Shown: piece after piece, positions 24,279 to 37,596 of the stretch | Layout: every line of letters starts with the position of its first letter | How positions within the stretch are numbered: the stretch's first letter is position 1 | Assembly (NCBI GenBank): GCA_051362555.1 | Contig: CM120647.1 | Location: forward strand, 20,684,651-20,748,650 | Direction: 5' to 3' | Length of the DNA: 64,000 nt | Source: Lingula anatina | Taxonomy: Eukaryota > Animalia > Brachiopoda | The notes under the pieces: generated by a model | What the model saw: only the letters and a program-made list of their open reading frames with translations | Database searches by the model: none | Told to the model about the DNA's origin: nothing | Made by a program: the position numbers and the translations under genes

Positions 24279-26247
24279 TGAATCCATTGTATTATGTTGT
24301 TTTAACATGTCATAGACATACGTTTAGCTGATCAGATATACCCTGAAGATGACTTATGATTTCAGTCAGATAAGTCCATAAAATATCAGTGCTGTCTATG
24401 TGATAAACTAAGTGATAAAGAAAAATATAAATGCGTTTTGTTATAATGTTATTAATCACGGAGTATGACATTCAGAATGACGTTGGGTTTAATTAAAAAG
24501 TGTCCAAAATGTGATCATCTCATGGAGTATTTTGGCTCTCAACATCTGCAATCTTTTACATATAATTGATATCTGTGTATGGAAGTACCAGAACTTATGT
24601 TATAAGCTGGCTGTATTTGCCTGACACTACTTCTTTTTTTATATGAAATATTGCTATCCCTTCTGGTAAGTTCTTTGAAAAATCATTTTTCAATTAAGAA
24701 ATACTGTTGGCTCTTATACCCTGCAAGTGTGCAACTTCATTTAATTAAGACTGTTTCCAGGCAGACTGAAATTGTTAAGATTAAACTATTGCATATGCTA
24801 GAGAAATGGTAAAAATGTCTGTTTTTCTCACTCATTCATCTAATTTAATGCATTTCAGGTATGCAATATTTCCAAAATGTACCACAATTGCCAATCAAAA
24901 CAGACAAGCCAGACTATTTTTTTTCTTTCGTTCAGAAATTAAATTCTGAAATCCCTGGGGGCAGGAGCAAGTCAGAAATCAGCTAGATATCAAACCAGAC
25001 ATCAAGGTATTCTAAGTTCATATAGATGCACTGATATCTATGCTGACAGCTATCTCCCATTAAAACCAATTTGTTCTTGGTTTTGTTACTCGTGTTTTTA
25101 ATTTTTTACATCTGACCAAGTTCTCCTCAGGTATCAATACATACATGTGAATCACAGCAGGCAACACTGACATGTTTTGATTCAGTTCCATAGCCATGAA
25201 CCCGTAAGCCAATAGGTTGTGTTTGTCCTCGGCAGGTGAAAATGAAAGCAGCATGCTCCATCTCATTTATCATTGGTAAATGAAAATGAAAGCAGCATGC
25301 TTTGTATTCTGATAAGGCCATACACAGAGGTTGTACAAGGATTTAGACTTTGATTTTTTTTCCAAGCTTGGCTGGCTGCCCTTGCTATATTTTAATGACT
25401 CTGTGTGTAGGACATCTCATTGATGAAAAAGCTCATTTGCATTGCAAAGCTGAAGTTGGTCTTGTGATCTTGAGTTTTCTTTTTTTTTCACATTAAATAT
25501 ATATAGCAGCTTAATCAGTTGACATGATCACTTTTATGCATAGAAGGCAATTCATGTCACTTTCTCAAATGTACTTTTTTGCTGCTAATAGTACATCTGT
25601 AACATTTATCTGAGGTTCTTTTGGCATCTGAACTTTAGTATATTTGTCTTTAAGTTATAACACACCACACTGAAAGACCAGTTGTAATACAAAATTGTAA
25701 TTGTAAAAGGAATGGCATGAGAAAGAAAAAAATGTCCTGCCTCCCTTGTTTTTCTAAATTAAATACAAAAAGTACATCACCTTTAACCTAGGGAAACAGA
25801 TTGCAAGATTTAATGCGTAATACCATTAGATTCAGTTTGTTTCTTTGATTTAACCTCAGCCTTGTTGCATTGTTAATACTGAAAAGGATATTGAAGGACA
25901 GAGAGAGAACCCAGATTTAATAGTCATCATTATGTCTTAAGTGAACATAGGCAATTTAAGCAAGATGAGGGCTCTGTTCTCCATGCCATCAATGACCTTT
26001 TGATTGGACTTATTGGAAATTTAATATAAAATGAAAGCACCTTTCTACCTTGCCTTTGTCAACCAAATTATGTCTGAGATGCCATGAATCAGTCAGTATT
26101 TGTATAGTACTTGAGCTCTGGGAGAAAGAACAAAATCAGTTTTACATTGTGTGCAGTTTGTCTGTAAACAGCAGACACAAAGGATGCACAGCTACAGTAG
26201 TGATAAGGGATCATCGCAGAAAGCCCAAACTGATGCAACTTAGAAAG

Positions 26248-26420
26248 CATTCACATTGAGAAGAGCCGAGGTGTAGCAAGGCCGAGACCTAAATATGGCA
26301 GACCTACATGAAAGAAAACCGCGTAATCCTTTAATAGTCTTTGAATGAATGTCATTGAGAGACCATTTAAGGATTTCACGGCCTTCTTTTCATGTAGGTC
26401 CGCCATATTTAGGTCTTGCC
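26248..26420. mobile_element. Truncated foldback MITE related to family D
   Basis: Arms GAGACCTAAATATGGCAGACCTACATGAAAGAA / TTCTTTTCATGTAGGTCCGCCATATTTAGGTCTT; left end TGAGAAGAGCCGAG also occurs in the TIR at 283-499. Confidence 0.7.
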
Positions 26421-26500
26421 ATCAAGTAACTAGGATGATACCCATTAGAATCAACCAATTACAAGGCTGTGAATCTGCACTAGTTCCTTGCCCCCCCTTA

Positions 26501-26741
26501 GGGGCCATTCAGAATAGATGAATCAAGTACTAACTGATCCGCTGACTAAATATGGCCGACCACACCCCATTAAACTAATTAAATCTCGGTTCCAAGGTTT
26601 AATTGCTAGGCCCCTGCAGTGACAGTACGTGTGATGGCAGGGAGACCATCTTGGAATTAACGGCATCACTTTTGAAGTAGGGTCGGCCATATTTAGTTGG
26701 CGGATCAGTTAGTACTTAAATCATCTATTCTTAATGGCCCC
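26501..26741. mobile_element. Harbinger/Tourist-like MITE, family D
   Basis: ~60-bp TIRs starting GGGGCCATTCAGAATAGATG; perfect TTA TSD, typical of PIF/Harbinger. Confidence 0.9.
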
Positions 26742-29700
26742 TTATTTGGCTGTGTTGATTGCAGGACACATACAGTTTTGGCATTGGACATTTATTTCAC
26801 CATGTCATTGCATTTTATTATATTGGCATTGTGAGATTTCATAAAAATAAGAATTGGATCGAAAAATACTTCAATTTTCTAAATAAGTGGTTATCTATTA
26901 ATCAGTTAATTCCAATTAGATGGCATAATTTTTATGTATGTTGGATTCACGTCCATGCAGTATTTTATTTGATAAAGATGCTCATCTCACATAAGCAGTT
27001 TTCACCAAGGCTCTATTTTGTGAGCTGAACAAAAGAGAAATCATGACATTTCAAACTATTGCAGAACTGACATTTTTGTAAGCCTGCAACTTAATTGCAT
27101 TTCTTGTTCCACATTTGATCTTGTGAAATACGTTAGTATCGGGTAATGAATAAATGAATGAGAAGATGGTTTGTTTTAATTTAGCTTTACTTTATTGGTC
27201 AATTTTTCTTGTTCCATTGAGGTTGTATAAATGTACATGTATGAAGTGAGATTCTCTAGATTGGAAAAAAAAGGGGAAAGCAATGAATCGGGAATTTGGA
27301 GTTCATATCCTTGGCAAGGGTGATTTGCCATTTAAGCTGTATGAATCCCTGTTGCAAAATGGTTCAGATGACGGTTCCAGTTCTATGCACATGTATTTTA
27401 TCCATAATGTTTTATTTGTGTACACATAACAGTTTTAGAAATGAACTTTTGTATGAATTTTTTTTTTTTGTTTTTTAGCTCCATTTTACATAAATGTATT
27501 GGTTATGAGTAACCCAACTACTCTGGTAACATACACTAGCTGGTAAGTGGGCTCAGTTATGTGCCTCTGCCAGAATGATGGTAGCATAAGATGGACTTAT
27601 TAACAGTCTCTGCTTTCATACAGAGCTGTTCAACTTTTATTACAAAGAAAGGCTGCTCTAGTTTTATATTAAAAGTATGATTGTTAGCAGTAATATGATT
27701 ACTTTTCCACCTTTGTACTTTAATTGTGAGCTATAAATAGAATTAAATGTACATTTAACATTCACATATAAATAATGTACTTAGTAAAAGAATGCTGTCT
27801 CTCTCTCTCATCTCCTTCCTTTTTCATTAAAAATTTGGGTCATTTGATTAACTTAAATGATTATTAGGCCAAGTTGTTTGTTCCTATAAATTGTTAAGAA
27901 TACTTTTGCACATGCACATGTAGGTACACACATATAGCATTTATTAGTATCAGTTTCAAAGCTGAAATCTAGTCAAATCCTTAAGTATATTCCTCACTTC
28001 CTATTATTACATATTTTACTTGACTAAGCTGTCCTATAATTATTATCTGAAATTCCAGGAAAAGATCATGATCTGTAACTGATGAAATCCCTTTGACATG
28101 AAGGGTTTCATGCTGAGGATGCACTGGATTTGATTACAATCACACCTAACTTGCCCTTAGGCACCTATCACCTGCCATGTCTATGACAAAGGTGGCAGTT
28201 CCAGCCTGATCTCACCAGGTCTGTCATTGCTTCCATGCTGTGAGTGCCATGTTTAATGCCTATTTTATTAATTAAGACATCATCCCTTCCTTTCCTCACC
28301 TAGAGGAGAAATGACAAAGGTTGTAAACCTGAAGCTATTCTGGTTCACTCACTCACTCCCACATATGTATAATTTTGGCCCTCCTGACCTTTGTCAGATT
28401 AGTAAAGGATGTTTAATTCCCATGTTTACGGGTGAACATCTTGTTTATTGGTGTACAAATTAAAAGATAACATAAGTCGAGGAGTTTATATGATGGAGTT
28501 CACGTGTGGAGGCAGTGGGTGGTTGGAGGGTATGTTGCCATCAATTGATGGACAGTTCCTTCATTTAAGTGGATTTTTTTATGTTATCCCAGGTCAATTT
28601 ATATATTATCTTAATTTTTTGTTTTTAAGTTAAGATCAACGTTCAAGTGAGGGTCTTTCTTATTCAGCAGAGCCCAGCAGTAGTCAGAAAACATATACCT
28701 TGATTTAAGTGCCTGTTGAGGTGAATGAAGAGAGATATAAAGAGAGATTTCTGCAAGGATTTGGATATGTATTTCTATATTTTTCATGAATTCTCCACCC
28801 CTCTTCACATTTTGTCTGTATCTTTGAAAGATTAACAGCTCAATACATCAGGAGCCCACATGCTTGAAACATCCTGTAAGCCAAATTGATTTTGATTGGT
28901 CCAAACAATTGGAAGTAAACTTGTGAAAGGAAGCAAAAAACCATATAGCATTATGACATGTTATGGTTAGTGTAACAAACAATGTGAAAAGGGCCAATAA
29001 TATAATTGAACTTGTTTTTATGTAGAAGGCATGATACAGTAAAAGCTTGAAAATTTCATCACTTAAAAATTAATTAATATTTTAAAATGCAAGAATCCAA
29101 CACGACGATACTATGTGACAAACTTTTCAAAATTATTAAGGTGCCCATTTTCAAGTTTCACAAATTTTTCAAAGTGAAAAAAATTATATTGGCAGAGAAT
29201 GGTCTTCTAACAAAATTTTCAAGACAGAGTTAATTTTCAATATTTTACGGTATGCTTCATGGTTACTGTGTTACATATTATACTAGACTTAAGGTTTTAT
29301 GGTGCTTGTGTATACCTTTAAGGAACAGCCATATTATTTTGCAACAATTTCATATCATTATGTGGTATTAGCGTGTTTATGGCTTCCTTTCCCTCTTATT
29401 TCTAATTCTAAGAAAAGGCAACCTAGAGGATGACTATCATGATAATAGCTTAATACACCTTGCACTGACTTCACTTTATTGTTCCAAAATTATCATTGCT
29501 TTATAAGATGTAATATTTGGTGAAAAAAAAAATGAAGTCTGACATGGAAAAATAAATCTTCAAATTTTTTAATGGTATTTTAAAGAGTTATTAACAGAAC
29601 AAAATAAGTATAGTCAAATCATTTTGCTTGAATTAAGAGAGAGAGCATTATGGAAAATACCCTGTTTGCATTGAACCTGAATATCAGTATTCTCCAGTGC

Positions 29701-30565
29701 TTTTTTTTTTCTTTGTCTATTTGTGGAAAGGTTTTCTTTCTGTTATTTGTAATAGGAGACAGATAATGATGTGGTAATTTACAGACTTGTCTGCCTCATT
29801 TCCCGTTAAAGTTCATCATCCTTGTTCATTTAGTGTACATTAAAGTTCAGTTTAAATTAGTTTACTGTTGTGTATGTTTTTTTTAAGTCATCATTTGTCT
29901 TATTTTTCCAGATAGTTACCACCTCTTTTCTTATTTGGAAAGCTAGTTTGCTTATTTATTATTTATTTACTTAACTATTTATTGGCTATTTTTTTCTTTT
30001 TTCACACCAAATTCACTTGAGCTTATTTGAAATTGATACACAATTTGCTTTTATTTGATTGAAAAGAAAAATCCATTTCACTTCTTTGTTTCAAGTTACA
30101 CTTCATTACAAGCTACAATTCACCAGGCTGCTACTGTAACATCAGGCCCTAGCTCTTATCCAATTCTTAATTTGGGGTTATCTTTTGCTTCATTTCACCT
30201 AGAACCTCATTTCAGTTGATGATTTCCTCAGGCAAACTAACTTCCCTGGTTAATTTTGCCCGATCATTTCAACTGGAAGTCCTTGCACTGCCCCAGGTCC
30301 CTTAGGTCATTAAAGAACCTTCAGGCCATTGGATAGATAAACTCTGGAACTTGTCATGCAATAGACAGGATTAGCCCTAAACTCAGATGAGATATTTCAC
30401 TTCACTTCTGTCGTTTAGTCCTCTTTGTAATTTGACTAAATTCCACGGCAAAAATGATATCTGGAAAACGTTATGCAATAGATGGGATTTCTCTTTGGAT
30501 TAGACAAGATTTTTTGCTTCACTTCTGTTGTTCTGTTTCTGATTTTGTAATTTGACTAAATTGAC

Positions 30566-30659
30566 GGAAATGTTAGGAATCTACTTTTGTACTGTATGTT
30601 AGATCAGCTGCAGGAAATGTTAGGAATCTACTTTTTTACTGTATGTTAGATCAGCTGCA
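30566..30659. repeat. 47-bp tandem duplication
   Basis: GGAAATGTTAGGAATCTACTTTT(G/T)TACTGTATGTTAGATCAGCTGCA twice. Confidence 0.9.
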
Positions 30660-31251
30660 GGACATGCAAAGATACAAACACGTGCGTACATACTCGGTTA
30701 CAGGCACGTGTTTGTAACCATAGCAAAACTCATTTATTTCAAGACCTCATGGCATATTGCTTCAGGTTAAATGAACTTATTTCAGCAAGTTAATTAATCT
30801 GACGTATATATGTATATGTCCATGTGCCCTAAAGAGCACATTTTTTTCATTTAATTTGCTTATTTTTATCAAGTGAATAATCAAGGGGATATTTACTTGT
30901 TTTCTTACTGATCGGTCTTATTTTTCACTCTACATGACTAGCTTTATCCTGCTGATTTGATCAGATACAATTCTAATGTCACAGAATGTTTTAGATTGAT
31001 AAGTCATGAAATGCTCCAGACTTTTGATGTAAATAATAAAGGCACTCATTCTGGCTTATAGTCTATATTTAATGAGTGCTCATACTTAAACACAGTAGCT
31101 GAAAATGAATATTTGAAATATCTGTGCAGTACAATCGATTTTTTTTGTTCTGTGCCTACTTACTTGTCTCAGGACACTGTTCAACCTACTAAATTTCCAA
31201 ACTTTTTGTTTAAAATGTTCTTTCTGACGGGATGTGGCAAGGTCTGTACAC

Positions 31252-31268
31252 TATTGCCATCTAGTGGT
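31252..31268 (-). promoter_or_regulatory. Candidate CTCF-binding motif
   Basis: Reverse strand reads ACCACTAGATGGCAATA, matching the CTCF core CCASYAGRKGGCR; motif match only. Confidence 0.35.
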
Positions 31269-32561
31269 AAAATTACTGAGATATCATGTTGTTCCATGCC
31301 TTACCTAAAGAACTAAAAACAGTGACTTATAAGACGAGGGAATAAAAGGAAAACAATTTTGACCATTTCATTACTTTTTTGTGATATGTTGAATTATCAG
31401 ATGCATATTTCTTCTGTGTAAGATGAACAGTTTTTTTATGTACATGGTGGACTACAGACTATTTTGAAAAAAATATCTTCACCTTATTCACAGTGCCATC
31501 ATTTTACAGACCTTTCGCTTTAGGTTGTACTCTTTGCCTTTAGGTTGTACTTTTATTCAGGATAGGTCGGTCTATTTGAATATGACCTATCTCCGCAGGT
31601 CAGCTGATTTTAGTAACCCAGTTGAATAGCACAAGTCCTTGGCAGTGGGTGGGACAATAGAGAGATTAGATTTGCTGTCTTTGGTGGACTTATCATAATC
31701 AAATTACTGGCTGAGGTGAGTTGTTCATAGATAGTTCAGCCCAACCTGGCTGGAAACACGTCTTACTGAGCACCACATTGCTAAGAAACTGGCACTGCTG
31801 CTTCTCACTGCTAGCTATGCGCAAACATCAGTTTAGATACCCAGCAGAATTTTCCTTAATTAAAGAAAAAGCATAACCTGTTACGGATTCTTCTTACCCT
31901 AAAGACTGCTCTGCCTCCGCATGCCTAGATATATACTAGTATGAAGGTTGGGTCAAGAGAAAGTGATGAAACCACCTGGGAGAACAGACTGACACGTTTT
32001 CTTATGTATTGTTTATGACAAGACTAACCAATTTCCATATACCAGTGGAAACTCTGGTACTTTTATCTCCATAATTGCTGAGGATATTGCCCCTCAATGA
32101 GAGGAGTTTTTGTGTGTACTAGATTTCAGGTTCTCTGAAGACTTGCTGCAATTGTAGTGAATGCTAAATGTACTTTTAAGCTAGGTAAATGATATTGTTT
32201 TTTGTTTTTTCTTTTGTTTTGTCAAAATAAAAGGGTTTAGTGTGCAATACAAAGAATGTATTCAAACTTCAATTTCAGGTTTTGAAGTTAAAAAAAGGAA
32301 TTAAAAAAGGACATACTCTAGTTTAACCATTTTGAATATTAGCTCTTATGTTACGTGTGGAATGTTGAAGTATTACCACATCTGCAAGAGACTTCAAGAG
32401 CAAAAGCACGATAGATAAGGATGCACATGTGGAATTAAATGTGTATTTATCAATGCTTGTGTGTGGGGGTGAGGGAGATAAACAGGCAGGTAAACTAAAA
32501 AAGAGAGAGAGAAAATAGTACCTCAAGGTGTTGTAAAAAGTATTTGACTTACTCAGGTCCT

Positions 32562-32707
32562 TAATTTTCATGTCTTGCTGCAGTTTTTCTGTATTACACC
32601 AGTTTGACTTGTCAGTACATATACATACTGTAATTTTCATGTCTTGCTGCAGTTTTTCTGTATTACACCAGTTTGATTTGTCAGTACAGTACATTTACAT
32701 ACTGTAA
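32562..32707. repeat. 69-bp tandem duplication
   Basis: TAATTTTCATGTCTTGCTGCAGTTTTTCTGTATTACACCAGTTTGA... at 32562 and 32631. Confidence 0.9.
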
Positions 32708-33014
32708 TAACGCTACAGGGGTTTACCAGGCTATAAAACTGTCAATTTCATAAGGTGGTGCGATACAGATAACTGTTTGCCTTGATGTAAAAAAAGGTTT
32801 TAGTGGATGGGACAGTGCTGCCCAAAGGAACAATCAGACAGACAGAAAATGAGGCTGAACGAAAAAAATGTAATTATGTTGGATACTGTCATTCTCTCAA
32901 ATCCTGTTCAAAAGCCAGACTTACCACTATGCCCCGCATACATCCATATGTATTTGTATCATTTCTGAGGACAAATTCAAACCTGCTACCTTAATTCTTA
33001 CACTGCAGATAATA

Positions 33015-33017
<3 letters not shown>

Positions 33018-33068
<51 letters not shown>
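33018..33068. repeat. (TA)n microsatellite
   Basis: Read directly. Confidence 0.95.
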
Positions 33069-33070
<2 letters not shown>

Positions 33071-33845
33071 GTTGATAAATCCAAATCTGTAAGGACTCTT
33101 GCTGAGTTATTTTCACTCTTTCAACCTTAAACAATTCCCAGATCCCCATGAATAAAAAACCACAAAGCCATTTCTTCAAACTTATCTCTTACAACTCAGA
33201 ATCATGTCTATTAATTATGACATTTCTATTGAATGAAATAGACAGAGCAAAACATTTAAAGACAGGATACATTGAAAGCAAGTCACAGTTTTTGGAAGTG
33301 GCAGCTAGCAAACTTTATTGTAGTGGTGGCCAGCAAGATTTACTGGACAATCGTTTTATGTTGATATCCATGAACTGTGAATGAACCTTCTGTTCCCAGA
33401 TATTACCAACTCAAATAAATCATATCAGATATACTCTAAGAAGTTTGCACCTCAGGCAAGTCAGCTAAGGTGATTCTTTTGTCTATTCAAATAACTCATC
33501 AATGAATTCAAAAAAATTAATGAATTTTTATTGGAACTTTTAATGGTGCATTATCATGGGCAACTTCATAAGACCTATTGTGTGGGTACAGAAGGGGGTT
33601 AGGAGGGCAGGGTACCCCTTTGGAAATATGTCCCCCCCTTCCTGCTTATCCCCACCCCACCCCCTTCATTCAGCTTCCATTAAATCTGTATCTAATGATT
33701 TGTGTAAGGATGTATGGTGTAAAGCAAGGCAAATTTAAGCAGTGAAGTTTTTAAAATTAGAATTCTGATTCTGAATAATGTCATGCTAATTGAATAATTA
33801 AAATCTTGATCAGATGTCACTATGCCATTTATCTGCCACTTTTAA

Positions 33846-33849
<4 letters not shown>

Positions 33850-33929
<80 letters not shown>
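33850..33929. repeat. (TA)n microsatellite
   Basis: Read directly. Confidence 0.95.
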
Positions 33930-33932
<3 letters not shown>

Positions 33933-34099
33933 GGTTTTATAATTATACAAATAATATATAAATATGTAAATATTTTATGTGGTACTGCTATTCACTTGAA
34001 CTCACCCGGATAAATTTTTACTGCATGTAGTTTAATTTACCCTACATCCATTAGACATTTACTGGCTTATGCTGCATAAACATATGGTATTGCATACCT

Positions 34100-34300
34100 G
34101 TAGGCAGCCGTTTCAGATAAGGGGACTATTTTTCTAATTGTATTGTATTTTATTTATTTATTTATTTATTTTTGAAGGTGATATTTTACCACTTTAAGCC
34201 CAACTTGAAAAATGACACAACCTAGATCAGATTTTGATCCAGATTAGTTTGTTTTTTCAACTAAAAGGGCAGTTTGTCTAACTTACCCCCCCCCCTGCTG
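34100..34300 (+). mobile_element. Dispersed element, family F (degenerate)
   Basis: AACCTAGATCAGATTTTGATCCA is identical to the motif near 8040; boundaries approximate. Confidence 0.55.
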
Positions 34301-37300
34301 CATTTTGGGCGTAGTATAATATCACATTATAAATGAATATTATTCCTTAGAAGTTTATCTTATAATTATGGTTTGTTATACTCTTTTCAACATGTACAAA
34401 ATTTATGTATATTGAATGCATCAAAAAAAAAAAAAAAAAAACTTAAAGTGTTAATGAAATAGTATTAAATCATATCTGTTAATGAAAAAATCTTTGAAGT
34501 TGAATAAAAACACAGTAGTCCTTATTATTTGAAAAATGGCTGGTTCAAAAGTTTTCTTGGATAAAAAATGCACAGCCTAAACAACTTTGTTTCATCTCAC
34601 CATTTTAAGGTGTTCCTAATTCTTTGGAAGACCTACATTATACCTACATGTAAATGTTACCTTATCACGAAGACATAACACATTTGGTTCCTATATCACT
34701 GTGTATATATTAGTTTAATAACATCCATTTATATTTGACTTGAGTTCTTGCATTTATTACTAGACTTACATTAATAATTTGAATTGATGGTGCTAAGCCT
34801 TCCTCAAGGGGCTTCTGAATATATACATGTGCTACCTAGACTGCTACAGTAATTTTCAACAGTTTTCATGATCTAGGGAGATACAACATCGGAGCATCGT
34901 CCTTGATGTTAGTCCTTTAATACTAGTAAGTGGACTAAAGAGCTTTCTTTGTTTTATTAATTAGTGCTTTTAGTTCACTGCCTTAAGGTCCCGTGGTTTA
35001 TCTGTGCTGTTCAACTGTGAGCAGAATTTTTAGTCTCTCAGTCAACACTTGATGACTCTGTTTAATCTATCTATGCTATCTTTGAAATGTATTTAACCAA
35101 TTTGGTGACAAAATTACAAAACCAATCAAGATACACAATATGACAGATCATAATTAACCCACCTTGTTTCTTCCATGGAGAGCAGACAGAATGTGCGTGT
35201 GTGCCGCTCAGTGTTGATCAAATGTCAGAGAGGCGTATGGGTATTGACTTTTATTGGCTACATTGTATCAGTGTTCCACACAGATGTCATTGTTGTCCGG
35301 AAGTTACAATAACAAATTAGTGCAGTGTTCTGCAGCCGTAGAAACAGTCAATAATTGCGTGCGAACCCCAGGGAGAAAAGGTTACTACTCTTACATGTAT
35401 GACAGTTTCAGTTCAGGATTTTTAAGAGAATTCAAAACATAGAGCCAGATAATTCATAAATTAATTGGTATAGAGGTAGAACTTTTTAATGAGAAATAAA
35501 TGCATTTTTTAATCTTCATTTTAGTAATCATATAGTTTAAGTCATTTACATAATATCTTATAATACACTATAAAAAAACAACTTTTGTTACTGAATTGCC
35601 AAGAGAATCCTGTGCATGTTTGTCCTTCAACAAATTAATATCAATGTTTAAATTTACTATGTGTCTTGTTTCTAGATACTTTTGATTCATATTCGCTGCC
35701 TTTGTTCTTTGGTGATATCTCTTTAAGGTTGCAAACACGAAATTTAAATCAAATTGTAAAATCAATGCTAAATTCAAGAAAGTCACTCGATCTTTTTACT
35801 TACCACTGGTGATTCAGCTATCTACTTAGTATCCTAACTACCCCTTAGCAATTAAGCAATTAACATTATGCTGGGAGGGGGCATCTCCTGTCCCTTTGCC
35901 ACTCACACAATAGACTTCTCACTGATCAGTATCTTCACCTGCCTTCATCCTCACTCAATGGTCAGGCCGAGTTTGAATGTGTGAGTGGAGATAATTGTTT
36001 GATCACTTCACTGGTAGTCAGACCAAACATGGCTTACTCTTGAAGTGTATCATGATTTTTTCACTGAATTACGGTAGAGACGAGCCAAGTTAAGTCAAAT
36101 TCTATTATGATACTGGCCAGGTAAGTCAAAACTGGACTGCACTTGCAAAGCCAGGCTATTTTTGGAATAATGTTGTATGTTATAATAATAAAGGGCCTGT
36201 TAAAGAATTTAAAAAAAAAAAACTTACACCTTAAACCTTGTGATTCAGAACCTACAATGTATTTGTACTGAGTAATGGCACAATTACAATCAATGTGACT
36301 TGCTTAAGTATCATAAGGAAATTGTTCATTAATATATACACCACTAAAAGCGGTGATTTAGAGCAATTATGGATACCTACTAATTTATTGATCATGAAAC
36401 AAATCAATATATAAATATATACTTTTACTTAAAGCTGAAACCTGTATTGCTGGGTCCAACCTTCAAGTAATACTTTCCACATTTGAAAAAATCCCATAGT
36501 CATATTTCTTTGTCTGCATGTCCTGCAAAACTCCTTGTATTTCAAAGTTTATACCTTATAAATGATGAAATACCCTCAAATATCAAAAGGATATTTCCTT
36601 TTGTCATGTACAAGAAGGCTGCACAGTCATTTAGAACTCATGTACATGTAAACTGTTTAATTAGAAATGGTACAAAACATATAATTCAAGTACAGGGATG
36701 GGCCAAGCAATGTTCTATGAGTAGGACAAAAATTGCTCTTATAAACTAAAAAGAAATATTTATTCATGTATTTATTTGAGGGATATTCAAATTGGCAGGA
36801 TAATCCCAGATGGGATACCTTCAAGATGACCACTTAACTGTGTCCTAAAATACCCTGTTAGTAGTATGTCCATTGGGTTACCTTCATGGCCCATTATCTC
36901 CCCAATATTGGATTACGTCAACAAGGTTTACATCAGGTTCCAAAGAACAAAACCACAACTGGATCAACATCTGTTGAAAAGGAAGGGCTGTGTTACAATA
37001 TGCTGGAATATTGGATATTTCGGCATCAGATCTATAGTCAGCAATGAGGGGATTCAATAACACAATGAACAGATCAATAAAGTTTGATTGAAGTTCATGA
37101 TTGTTAAATGATTGGCGGAAAGATCAGTATCAGGGTCCCTTTCATTGAGCAATAATTACATATTTGACCATTCCACCTCCTTTAACAACTTATAAAATCA
37201 TAATAAGATGTCCTGGCACCTGTGGCATAGACCATTAGGTCTAATTAAAGACTCCAATTACCCTTACAGCTGGATTTTGGTTCAGTTCAGTCCATGTGAA

Positions 37301-37596
37301 ATGAACTGCTAACAGTGTTCTGTAATTGCCTTGAAAGGTTTAGTTTAAGTGTTGGTCAGTCAAGGCTGAGTGGACATGTACTGTCAGAGGGAAAGTAGTT
37401 TTTTCTTTTTAATTTCTCAGTATTTGCATTCTTTCATTTTTTTTTTCAGATTTTTTTCAGAAAATTTTCTATTGTATTTTTTTTAAAATTTTATTTGCCT
37501 ATTTTATAAATTAAAATTATCAAACACAGTGGATGAGAAAAAGCAGGAATCGGAATTAAAATAAAAAGATAAATGAGAATAACTGATTGTTACTTG

